From: an uncultured Clostridia bacterium
GTDB taxonomy: Bacteria; Bacillota; Clostridia; Oscillospirales; Oscillospiraceae
Length of the DNA stretch: 46,386 bases
Assembly: GCA_947177115.1 (NCBI GenBank)
Contig: CAMWTG010000001.1
Location: 1-46,386 of the forward strand
Reading direction: 5' to 3'
Part shown: in pieces, positions 7,611 to 16,592 of the stretch
Position numbering within the stretch: position 1 is the stretch's first letter
How the letters are laid out: the number at the start of each line of letters is the position of its first letter
Made by a program: the position numbers and the translations under genes
Notes under the pieces: model-generated
Database searches by the model: none
What the model saw: only the letters and a program-made list of their open reading frames with translations
Told to the model about the DNA's origin: nothing

Positions 7611-10351
7611 GTGGATTCCTCATTTCCTTTTTGCATATTGTGGAGAAAGGGCTTCGCCATTTTGTCAATTTTACTTTTCCAATGCGCCGGAAGTACGGGA
7701 AGCTCTTGTAAAATGGCCCACAACTCACGTCGCTCACGCTTGGTAAGGGGCGGTTCATGACTTCGGACAAATTGGGAAAATGGAACTAATGCTGCCAAGA
7801 TGTGGCGGGTACCCGCCGGAGCCGCCTCTAGCTCCAGCAGTTGGAGAACATCCGCTGGAACTCCGTAAAAAAAGCTCTTTGACCAGTGCGTCAACGTGAC
7901 GCAGAACCCCATCGTATTCACGTTCGTATATGCGATGGCTGAGACCACCCCCAAATAGTAACTGAGCTGTTCACATAGCTTTTTGAGCAGTCCATAAGGA
8001 ATTTTAAACGCGTTATAGAGCGTTCGAATCGGAATTCCGGATGAGAAGCAGATGGACACAGCTGCCGTTGTAACCCCTCGCCGCATTATCTTATTGTGTA
8101 CATCCCAACTAGAGTTCAATTTACAATACAACGAATCAGACAAAAGTCCATTGCTTAAAAGCCCCGAGCCAAACAGTTCGTTTTCGTTCGAGGTCCAATC
8201 CCAGAACGTTGATTTTGATGCCACACAGTACTGGGAGCCGTCAAATATAGTGTTAATAATTTCTGCGATTTTACTCAGCCGACAAAGGTGATAAATCAAA
8301 TCAAACAGATAAATGCGCCCGGAGTTGACGCTGGAATCCAGACTCACTTGAACCAAGTCATATGTCTGTAAGGATTCTCCATAGCCTTTGACTACCTCGC
8401 CCGCCGTGTCCAACCGGTAGATTGGCTGGTCAGAAAGAAACAGGTCACACTCTTGCCGTAAAAGATTACGCTTCATCAGCTGATTTAGCATTTCGTCCAA
8501 ATGTTCCAAGCTCCAAGCTCCGCCGGAAAAAATCAACGCCGGCATCGCCTTCACTTCCTGCTCCAGCATTTCACGTGTTTTCTTTGCTCCCGTGCTGAAC
8601 ATATTCAGAAAATACAGTCCACATTGGTCAACATCAATTTGGCGAAGTTGACTTTGCGCCAATGGAATTTCCCTACGATTGGAAATCTTCCTCCATTCCT
8701 TAAGATGGTTTGTATTCATAATCGGATAAATATATCCTCTCTGCTCCCCACTAACACTGTTTGGCCGTAGCCTACCTGCCCGTCCAGCGCAGTTATTATA
8801 TTCATTCATCGTCATATAGCTACCGCCGTTCATCATATCCGCAATAACAACCACGTCAACGCTACTATTGATCCCGAACGCCAGCGTTTCTGTGCAGACG
8901 ACCACCTTGAACTGCCCATCCTCCTGATACAGTAATTCTTCCTCCACATATTCTCGAAACTCCTGGGGCAGGGATGCGCTGTGTATTCCGATTCCGCTTA
9001 AAATGGCCCTACAGGTGTCTTCACTGAGCACCCCATATAATTCATCCGCCATTCCGACCAAATTCATCTGTTCTAATAGCATATCCATATATGTCCGGCC
9101 CGCCGAGGGCGCAGGCGGAATCTTAAGAAGCCCGGAGTTATACAAAGAATCACACAAATTAGCGGCGATTTCATGGACTTCCGTCCGATTATTAATAAAA
9201 ATCAGAATTTTCTGACTGGACTTCAAATGTATCGCACAGATTTCAGCAATTATCTGATTTCTCCGCACCCCCAACGCAAGTGCGGTGTACGCGTCATCTC
9301 TGGCATAATAGAAGAAATCGTGCGTACAGACAACTGCTTTCAGCTGCCCTTCCGGCTTGCTCAGCTCATTCAGCACAAATTCCCGCACAATGGTCGGTAG
9401 ACAGGGGTCTAGGATGCCAATTCCCCTGCAGAGAAAGCGACTAATGGCTGGAGTAAGGGCCCGGTGCAGTTGCGAATCGTGTCCGATGCCAGCCCGAATC
9501 ATAAACTGTTCAAGGGAAATGGGAGGAAAATGCCCAGAAAATTCTGGATTCTCCAATAAAGCTCCGGCAATCTGATCCGGAGCCTCTCCGCCAAAATCGC
9601 AGATGAAAAGACGTGCTTTCCCTTCCAAATGCGCACTGCAGATTTTAGGGAATACATCATGATACCAAAATATATTACCATCTTCTTGGTATAAATAGGA
9701 TTTATTTTTGGCCCGTGCTATGGGCAACGTACTCAGAGGTACAGGACGTTTTTTGTGTTCGACATATGTAAAACCAAACTGCTGGACATAGTTCTGCCAG
9801 TCATAATATGGAGTGGAGAGGACGATGACTCGTTTTTTTGCAGAGAGTGCCGAAATCAGAAGCAGATCGATTTTTATCCCGCGCTCATTGCTGTTTACCA
9901 GCCCAACTTCATCAAAAACAATATAGTCGAAGTACTTCAAAAACGTGTCACTGCCATCAAATAAATATGCCTTTTCATAAATCATTATTACCGCATCAAA
10001 CCCACCTCGGATGACGCTGGCATCATTTTCCCTGTATTCACCTGTGGAAACCGCAATACGCTGTGAACTGTCTATCATGATATTCAGGTCATGCTGCAAC
10101 TCCCTCCCTTTCTGTGCGGCAAGGGCCCGGTACGGCACCAAATACAGCATACGCTTTGAATAATTCGACCTGTTCTGCTCCCACGCGAACAACAACAACG
10201 GGACTAGGGTCTTTCCGGACGATGTGTCGCCGCAAATCCAAAGATTTTTTTGGAGATATGCTTCTTCGCGGGAAAAAATCGCTTCCTGGAGATCTGTAAA
10301 ACGGTCATACCGCAACCGCTGGATCAAGCTAAGTATTTCACAATAACTCAT
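7607..10351 (-). CDS. Ski2/Hel308-like SF2 helicase (first gene of the operon)
   Basis: Motif I ICGDTSSGKT (10208-10231), motif II IVFDEVG, GIGIHSASLPQEFREYVEEELLYQEDGQFKVVVCTETLAFGINSSVDVVVI, and motif VI NCAGRAGR. An upstream degenerate copy of the same block is present (GIGILDPCLPTIVREFVLNELSKPEGQLKAVVCTHDF). I prefer the ATG at 10351 (MSYCEIL..., GGGGA SD-like 6-7 nt upstream). The track ORF extends to a TTG at 10603 that has no SD, and the 84 extra residues look non-protein-like. Confidence 0.85.
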   Translation of the reverse strand: MSYCEILSLIQRLRYDRFTDLQEAIFSREEAYLQKNLWICGDTSSGKTLVPLLLFAWEQNRSNYSKRMLYLVPYRALAAQKGRELQHDLNIMIDSSQRIAVSTGEYRENDASVIRGGFDAVIMIYEKAYLFDGSDTFLKYFDYIVFDEVGLVNSNERGIKIDLLLISALSAKKRVIVLSTPYYDWQNYVQQFGFTYVEHKKRPVPLSTLPIARAKNKSYLYQEDGNIFWYHDVFPKICSAHLEGKARLFICDFGGEAPDQIAGALLENPEFSGHFPPISLEQFMIRAGIGHDSQLHRALTPAISRFLCRGIGILDPCLPTIVREFVLNELSKPEGQLKAVVCTHDFFYYARDDAYTALALGVRRNQIIAEICAIHLKSSQKILIFINNRTEVHEIAANLCDSLYNSGLLKIPPAPSAGRTYMDMLLEQMNLVGMADELYGVLSEDTCRAILSGIGIHSASLPQEFREYVEEELLYQEDGQFKVVVCTETLAFGINSSVDVVVIADMMNGGSYMTMNEYNNCAGRAGRLRPNSVSGEQRGYIYPIMNTNHLKEWRKISNRREIPLAQSQLRQIDVDQCGLYFLNMFSTGAKKTREMLEQEVKAMPALIFSGGAWSLEHLDEMLNQLMKRNLLRQECDLFLSDQPIYRLDTAGEVVKGYGESLQTYDLVQVSLDSSVNSGRIYLFDLIYHLCRLSKIAEIINTIFDGSQYCVASKSTFWDWTSNENELFGSGLLSNGLLSDSLYCKLNSSWDVHNKIMRRGVTTAAVSICFSSGIPIRTLYNAFKIPYGLLKKLCEQLSYYLGVVSAIAYTNVNTMGFCVTLTHWSKSFFYGVPADVLQLLELEAAPAGTRHILAALVPFSQFVRSHEPPLTKRERRELWAILQELPVLPAHWKSKIDKMAKPFLHNMQKGNEEST

Positions 10352-10626
10352 ACAAACATCCCCAATCAAGTGCAGGATAAGCAATGGAGTGCAAGGAGGA
10401 TTTGGACCTGTTTGAATCTTAGCAATATGCTCAACTGAGAGATTTTTTTGCCGAATGACGCAGTTTGATGCAAAAATATCATGTATATTTCCAGTCAAAA
10501 CATCGAAATGTTGAGGAAGAAGGACTGCGGATTGAGCTTGTTGACATTTAAACAAGCCATGGAACTTGTTGATTAGTATATACCCAATTTCAACAAATTT
10601 CAACTAAAACGATGCAAAATTTTGGT

Positions 10627-10635
10627 ATTATAGCA
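10627..10635 (-). promoter_or_regulatory. Candidate extended -10 promoter (TGcTATAAT) for the helicase operon
   Basis: Plus-strand attatagca is TGCTATAAT on the minus strand, lying between repeat copy B and the helicase gene. No good -35 was seen. Confidence 0.3.
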
Positions 10636-10802
10636 AATGTCAAATTGGAATCGCCTCAGGAAGAAAACTATGGGCACAGACTTTTTAGGAATGGAAGGTA
10701 AAACTGGAATGAATCCTTGTCAGGATGGAGAAAACTGCTGTCCAATGAATTTCCATCTTTTTTGTCAATGATGCAGGTTAACTGCCCCCGCTCTGGAATA
10801 TG

Positions 10803-10930
10803 AGAAAAAGCACTCTATCGTTGGAACATTCTCAAAATTCAGTTTTTGGTGTAAATACTGCTGCTTGACTGCCCGCAAACCGTTGATATCACTGAATTTT
10901 TCGGTAAATCCTATATCGCCACTCGGACCA
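10803..10930. repeat. Direct repeat copy B (same orientation as copy A, upstream of the helicase operon)
   Basis: See copy A. It ends at 10930 with the identical 34-nt terminus and is directly fused to the integrase 3' fragment. Confidence 0.85.
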
Positions 10931-11179
10931 TTGGCGATGACAGTAAATCTCCACAAGAAGATCCTGCAGGATGCCGGACTGGAGCACATCCCCTTCCATG
11001 CGTTGAGACACACCTTCGCCACCACCGCCCTCCAAACCAGTATAGATGTGAAAACAGTCTCCAGTATGCTGGGCTACTACTCCGCAGGCTTCACATTGAC
11101 CACTTACGCCCACGCCACCGCCCGGATGCAGGAGGAAGCCGCCAGCAGGATGGGCAGCTACATGGCGCAGAATCTGTAG
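10931..11179 (+). pseudogene. Tyrosine recombinase/integrase, C-terminal ~80-aa fragment only
   Basis: ...LHKKILQDAGLEHIPFHALRHTFATTALQTSIDVKTVSSMLGYYSAGFTLTTYAHATARMQEEAA... carries the HxLRH box and the catalytic Tyr context (TYAH). Everything N-terminal to this is replaced by repeat copy B at 10930. The track ORF 10865-11179 begins at a TTG inside the repeat. Confidence 0.75.
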
Positions 11180-11182
11180 ATG

Positions 11183-11224
11183 TCCTATCCCATCCTATCC
11201 CCGTATGGGTCAGCAATGGGTCAG
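11183..11224. repeat. Two pairs of short tandem direct repeats (possible recombinase arm-type sites)
   Basis: tcctatcc at 11183-11190 and 11193-11200; atgggtcag at 11205-11213 and 11216-11224. Spacing is 10-11 bp. They sit between the integrase stop and the tRNA. Confidence 0.35.
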
Positions 11225-11265
11225 ATAAATCCCACGCTTGATAAATAGGCAGACAAAACAACAAA

Positions 11266-11296
11266 ATCCCCGGAAAACTCGAAGTTTTCCGGGGAT
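11266..11296 (-). terminator. Terminator downstream of tRNA-Thr
   Basis: 13-bp stem atccccggaaaac/gttttccggggat with a 5-nt loop. On the minus strand it is followed by TTTGTTGTTTTG. Confidence 0.7.
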
Positions 11297-11298
11297 CT

Positions 11299-11374
11299 TG
11301 GAGCTGGAAATCAGACTCGAACTGACGACCTGCTGATTACGAATCAGCTGCTCTACCAACTGAGCTATTCCAGC
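11299..11374 (-). tRNA. tRNA-Thr (anticodon CGU), CCA encoded
   Basis: Hand-folded cloverleaf: acceptor GCTGGAA/TTCCAGC, D arm GCTC-AGTTGGTA-GAGC, anticodon arm GCTGA-TTCGTAA-TCAGC (CGT), variable AGGTC, T arm GTCAG-TTCGAGT-CTGAT, discriminator T plus CCA. 76 nt. Confidence 0.9.
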
Positions 11375-11549
11375 GCGTCAACGGACACACCATACCGCAG
11401 CAGATTTAGAATACCACATGTTTCGCCGTCCGTCAAGACTGTTTCCCCGGCAGAGGGAAAACTTTTTTCGCTGCCTCCAAATTTTATGCAATTCCGCTCC
11501 CTCCGGCGCATATACTGGGAAAATCCTGTCTTGCAAAGGAGGCGTATCA

Positions 11550-11624
11550 ATGGAGCCTGAATTTACCCGCGGCGATGTGGACGATCTGATCTATCAGGAG
11601 GAGTGGACGGCCAGCGAGCGGTGA
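11550..11624 (+). CDS. Candidate 24-aa acidic small protein (MEPEFTRGDVDDLIYQEEWTASER)
   Basis: ATG preceded by AAAGGAGG with 7-nt spacing. The stop is followed by the short hairpin gagcgg-tga-ccgctc. No homology was recognised. Confidence 0.25.
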   Translation: MEPEFTRGDVDDLIYQEEWTASER

Positions 11625-11645
11625 CCGCTCCCGCCGGGGGGTGTA

Positions 11646-12734
11646 CTATTCCTCCGCCCGGGTGATGATCCCACCGCCGGTTACCAGTTCCCCCTGATAG
11701 CACACCAGAGACTGCCCCGCCGTTACGGCCCGCTGGGGAGCGTCAAACTCCACCCGCACCATACCGTCCGCCTCCGGGTACAGCGTGCCCGAGGCTTCGG
11801 TCTGGCTGTAGCGGGTTTTCGCGGAGATGGGCAGCGGCCCGTCCTGGGGCGGCAAGGACACCCAGTTGAAATCCTCCGCCCATATGGTCCGGCTGTAGAG
11901 CCGGGCCTCGTCCCCTAAAACGATCTGATTGCGGGATTCATCCTTCCGCAGTACATATAAAGGCCGGTCCGCGCTGACGCCTAGGCCCCGCCGCTGGCCG
12001 GTGGTGTAGCAGGGCAGGCCCCTGTGGCGGCCCAGCGTCCGGCCCTCCTCGTCCACAAAGTCGCCGGGGACGAGCTCCACGCCGCCGTACCGCCGCAAAA
12101 AGCCGGTGTAGTCCCCATCGGGGACAAAACAGATATCCTGGCTGTCCGGCCGGCCTGCGCTGGCAAAGCCCGCGGCGGCGGCTATGGCGCGGATAGAGGG
12201 CTTGTCATACTCCCCAACCGGCAGCAGCAGGCGGCTCAGGACCTTTTGGGACAGGGGGTACAGAAAATAGCTCTGGTCCTTCCGCCGGTCCATCCCCCGC
12301 AGCAGACGCCAGCGGCCTGATGCCTCATCATAGTCTGTACGGGCGTAATGTCCCGTAGCAATGTGGCCAATGTCCAGTTCCTCTCCGCGGCGCAGCAGGG
12401 CATCGAACTTAACGGTCCGGTTGCATTGGACGCAGGGATTGGGAGTGCGCCCCTCCCGATAGGCGGAGACGAAATCGTCCAGCACGCAGCGGCGGAACTG
12501 GCGGGTGAAATTAAAGGTATGGTGGTCGATCCCCAGCCTTCTGGCGGCGTTCCGGGCGTCCTCCACCGCCTCCAGGGAGCAGCAGGTCCCTTCCTGGGGC
12601 TCTCCGATGTCCTCATTGTCATACAGCCGCAGGGTGCAGCCAACGGGCTCCCAGCCCGCCTCCCGCAGCAGCAGGGCGGCGGCGGCGCTGTCCACGCCGC
12701 CGCTCATGCCCACAAGAACCTTTCTGTTTTCCAT
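11646..12734 (-). CDS. mnmA: tRNA 2-thiouridine(34) synthase MnmA
   Basis: MENRKVLVGMSGGVDSAAAALLL (PP-loop SGGxDS) plus family-typical downstream sequence. The ATG at 12734 has SD AGGAGA. The longer track ORF (to 12965) overlaps the upstream gene and is rejected. Confidence 0.9.
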   Translation of the reverse strand: MENRKVLVGMSGGVDSAAAALLLREAGWEPVGCTLRLYDNEDIGEPQEGTCCSLEAVEDARNAARRLGIDHHTFNFTRQFRRCVLDDFVSAYREGRTPNPCVQCNRTVKFDALLRRGEELDIGHIATGHYARTDYDEASGRWRLLRGMDRRKDQSYFLYPLSQKVLSRLLLPVGEYDKPSIRAIAAAAGFASAGRPDSQDICFVPDGDYTGFLRRYGGVELVPGDFVDEEGRTLGRHRGLPCYTTGQRRGLGVSADRPLYVLRKDESRNQIVLGDEARLYSRTIWAEDFNWVSLPPQDGPLPISAKTRYSQTEASGTLYPEADGMVRVEFDAPQRAVTAGQSLVCYQGELVTGGGIITRAEE

Positions 12735-12748
12735 GGCCGTCTCCTGTC

Positions 12749-13576
12749 TCAGTCCAGATACTTCTGGGTAAACGCCTGCTTGGGCAGGGCATCGGACAAT
12801 TCCACCAGAGTCTGGTTGAAACCGCCGGTCAGATCCATCAGCATGGGGCTTTTCAGCATCTGGGGGACCCGGCGGTTGGGCAGGGATACGGTCACTGCGG
12901 CGCCCTTCCCCTCCTGGGAGGTCAAGATCAGGCTGCCGCCATGCTCCCGGGCAATCCGCCGGCAAATCGGCAGGCCCAGCCCCAGGCCGTGGGGGGGCGG
13001 GTCCAGCCGCCTGCTCTGGCGGCAGCGGTCAAAGACCGTATCCAGCTGGCCGGCAGGGATGCCCCGGCCGGTGTCGGAAAGGGTAAGATAGACATAGTCC
13101 GGCTCCGGCCGGACCTCCAGAGTCACCCGCTTTTCTCCGTTTCCTATGAATTTGAACGCATTGGACAGCAGGTTCAGCAGCAGCCGCTCGATGCGCTCGC
13201 TGTCCATGGCGATGATTTGGCTGGCTTTGGCGCTGCGGAACTCCAGGCGGATGCCCAGCAGCTCGGCGGGGACCGCCGCCCGGTCCATCACCGACCGGCA
13301 CACGCCCACGATGTCATCATTGGACAGCCCCTGCCCCTCGGGCCTCTCCGGCTCGGAGGCATCGGACAGGTTGTTGGTCAGGCGGAGGATGCGGTAATAG
13401 CTCTGGCACAGTACCGCCGCGTCCAGGTCGATCCCCTTCTGTTCGTCCCGCAGATCCGGCGGGGCCAGGCGGCTGAGGGCGTTATGAATGTTTCCCAGGG
13501 AGAGGCGCAGCTGGCTGGACACCTGCTGAAGCACCTCGCTGAGCGGTTCGTCCTGATGAAAAAGTTCTTCTGACAT
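12749..13576 (-). CDS. Soluble histidine-kinase-like protein (HisKA-like helix plus HATPase_c)
   Basis: 275 aa, no TM segment. H-box-like LSLGNIHNALSRL. N/G boxes LLLNLLSNAFKF, LSDTGRGIP and GLGLGLPICRRIAREHGG. SD GGGAGGT. Confidence 0.75.
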   Translation of the reverse strand: MSEELFHQDEPLSEVLQQVSSQLRLSLGNIHNALSRLAPPDLRDEQKGIDLDAAVLCQSYYRILRLTNNLSDASEPERPEGQGLSNDDIVGVCRSVMDRAAVPAELLGIRLEFRSAKASQIIAMDSERIERLLLNLLSNAFKFIGNGEKRVTLEVRPEPDYVYLTLSDTGRGIPAGQLDTVFDRCRQSRRLDPPPHGLGLGLPICRRIAREHGGSLILTSQEGKGAAVTVSLPNRRVPQMLKSPMLMDLTGGFNQTLVELSDALPKQAFTQKYLD

Positions 13577-13854
13577 GGGTTACCTCCCTGCGGGGTCATG
13601 ATTATAAGCTTTAGTGTGCGCGTCCGGAGGAAAAATCACACGGTAAATTTCCCCAAACTGCCGTTCGCGAAGCGGGGGCATATCAAAATTCCAAGAATCG
13701 CAGGAGTATCATACCAAAATTTTGTCGAAATTACAAGAAAATTTTAACTCTGTCAAAAATTCCACAAAAAACACTTTTCTTTTGAAAACCTCCGGTGTAT
13801 AATACTCCCAGAATACCATATGATCTATTTAACGGAATTCCAACAAAATTTTGA

Positions 13855-14880
<1,026 letters not shown>

Positions 14881-14936
14881 TTGAGCCTGATTGAGTAAAA
14901 CCTGCGGCTTTTTCCGCAGATTGATCCGTTTTGAAA

Positions 14937-14990
14937 AATACGCTCCCTTTCGGTTGACGCAAGTCATGAAAGGGAGCGTATTTTATATTG
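14937..14990 (+). terminator. gap terminator
   Basis: 14-bp stem aatacgctcccttt/aaagggagcgtatt (14937-14950/14969-14982) followed by a T-rich tract. Confidence 0.7.
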
Positions 14991-15092
14991 CAGCCAGCAA
15001 AAAGCGCGGAGCGCGCTGCGAGACCGTGCGTTTTCCAGCGGTCAGCAAAGCGGTTGGATAATCAACCGCCGTTTTAGAATAACGGTCAGAGC

Positions 15093-15815
15093 TTACAGGA
15101 CCTTTGCCAGGAAGGACTGCAATCTCTCGCTTTTGGGGTGGCCGAACAGCTCCGCGGGCTCGTTCTCCTCCACGATCACGCCGCCGTCCATAAAGAGCAC
15201 CCGGCTGCCTACCTCCCGGGCGAAGCCCATCTCGTGGGTGACAACCACCATGGTCATGCCTTCCCGTGCTAGGTCCTTCATGACCTCCAGCACCTCCCCC
15301 ACCATCTCCGGGTCAAGGGCGGAGGTGGGTTCGTCAAAGAGCATCACTTTAGGCCGCATAGCCAGGGCCCGGACGATGGCTACCCGCTGCTTCTGTCCGC
15401 CGGAGAGCTGGTTGGGATAGGCGTCCGCTTTCTCCTCCAGCCCTACCCGGCGTAGAAGGGCAATGGCGGCTTCGTCAGCCTCAGCCTGCTTCATCAGGCC
15501 CGTACGCACCGGGGCCAGAGTGATGTTTTTCCGGATGGTCATATTGGGGAACAGATTGAAATGCTGGAACACCATGCCCATCTGCTGGCGGATCTTGTCG
15601 ATCTCCACCTTGGGGCCGGTGATCTCCTGCCCCTGGAAGGTGATGGTCCCTCCGGTGGGCGTCTCCAGCAGGTTGAGGCACCGCAGGAAGGTGGATTTCC
15701 CGGACCCGGAGGGCCCGATAATGACCACTTTCTCCCCAGGGGAGATATGCTGGTCGATGCCGCTGAGCACCTGATGGTCCCCGAAGGACTTCGATAAATT
15801 CTTAACGTCTATCAC
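15093..15815 (-). CDS. Polar amino-acid ABC transporter, ATP-binding protein
   Basis: Walker [10 protein letters not shown], signature LSGGQKQRV, Walker [15 protein letters not shown] start with AAGGAGG upstream. Overlaps the permease gene by 14 nt. Confidence 0.93.
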   Translation of the reverse strand: MIDVKNLSKSFGDHQVLSGIDQHISPGEKVVIIGPSGSGKSTFLRCLNLLETPTGGTITFQGQEITGPKVEIDKIRQQMGMVFQHFNLFPNMTIRKNITLAPVRTGLMKQAEADEAAIALLRRVGLEEKADAYPNQLSGGQKQRVAIVRALAMRPKVMLFDEPTSALDPEMVGEVLEVMKDLAREGMTMVVVTHEMGFAREVGSRVLFMDGGVIVEENEPAELFGHPKSERLQSFLAKVL

Positions 15816-16527
15816 TCTGCCGCAGCCTCCTTTCCAGCTTGCTCTGGAGCCAGGTGAAGATGATCACCACCACCAGATACATCAGCGCGATGCCGATGAG
15901 GGGCGGCATGTAGTCAAAGGTCCTGCCGCCAATGGTGAAGGCGTAGTAGGTCAGCTCGGCGGCGCCAATGGCCTGGACCAGGGAGGTGTCCTTGAAGAGG
16001 GTGATGAACTCATTGCCCAGGGAAGGTAGGATGTTCTTGAACGCCTGGGGGATGACAATAAAACGCATGGTGTCGAAGTAATTGAGACCCAGAGAGCGTC
16101 CCGCCTCGCTCTGACCGGCGTCCACGCTCATGAGCCCGCCCCGGATGATCTCCGCCACGTAAGCGCCGGAGTTGATGCCCAGGCCGATGATGCCTACCAG
16201 GACCTTATTCCGGCTGGTCTTGAAGATGACGAAGCTCCAGATGAGCAGCTGCACCATCATGGGCGTGCCCCGGATGACGGTGGTATAGAGGTTGCACAGG
16301 GCGTTGAAAAAGCCCAGCAGGGGATTGCGGCGTCCCGGACGCTGCTGGTCGTGGGCAGTGCGGACCACTGCTACTATCAGGCCCAGGAGCACGCCGAAGA
16401 TCAGGGCGATCACCGTCATTTCCAAGGTGGTGCCCAGCCCCTGGAGGTAGAGCTTCCAGCGGCTGCCCTCAATGAAGGCGCGGTGCAGCCGGGGGACCAG
16501 ATCGCCGAGCCAGTCAATCAATGCCAT
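15802..16527 (-). CDS. Polar amino-acid ABC transporter permease (HisM/GlnP type)
   Basis: 241 aa, multi-TM, with the EAA-like loop [29 protein letters not shown]. Confidence 0.9.
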   Translation of the reverse strand: MALIDWLGDLVPRLHRAFIEGSRWKLYLQGLGTTLEMTVIALIFGVLLGLIVAVVRTAHDQQRPGRRNPLLGFFNALCNLYTTVIRGTPMMVQLLIWSFVIFKTSRNKVLVGIIGLGINSGAYVAEIIRGGLMSVDAGQSEAGRSLGLNYFDTMRFIVIPQAFKNILPSLGNEFITLFKDTSLVQAIGAAELTYYAFTIGGRTFDYMPPLIGIALMYLVVVIIFTWLQSKLERRLRQSDRR

Positions 16528-16547
16528 AAGGGACTCCTTTCTTTCTA

Positions 16548-16578
16548 TAGAGAGAAAGGACGGCCTCCTGGCCGCCCT
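16548..16578 (-). terminator. Intercistronic hairpin between the binding-protein and permease genes
   Basis: On the minus-strand RNA this is a 9-bp stem (one G-U) with a 4-nt loop, followed by TTCTCTCT. This placement is typical of attenuating hairpins after ABC binding-protein genes. Confidence 0.4.
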
Positions 16579-16592
16579 TCTCAGATCTCAAC

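Noticed and set aside
10900-10930. The repeat terminus (minus strand TGGTCCGAGTGGCGATATAGGA) looked like the D-arm of a tRNA-Ser/Leu, suggesting a tRNA-derived att site.
   Set aside because: No acceptor stem, anticodon arm or T-arm can be folded from the adjacent sequence. The resemblance is limited to ~12 nt.
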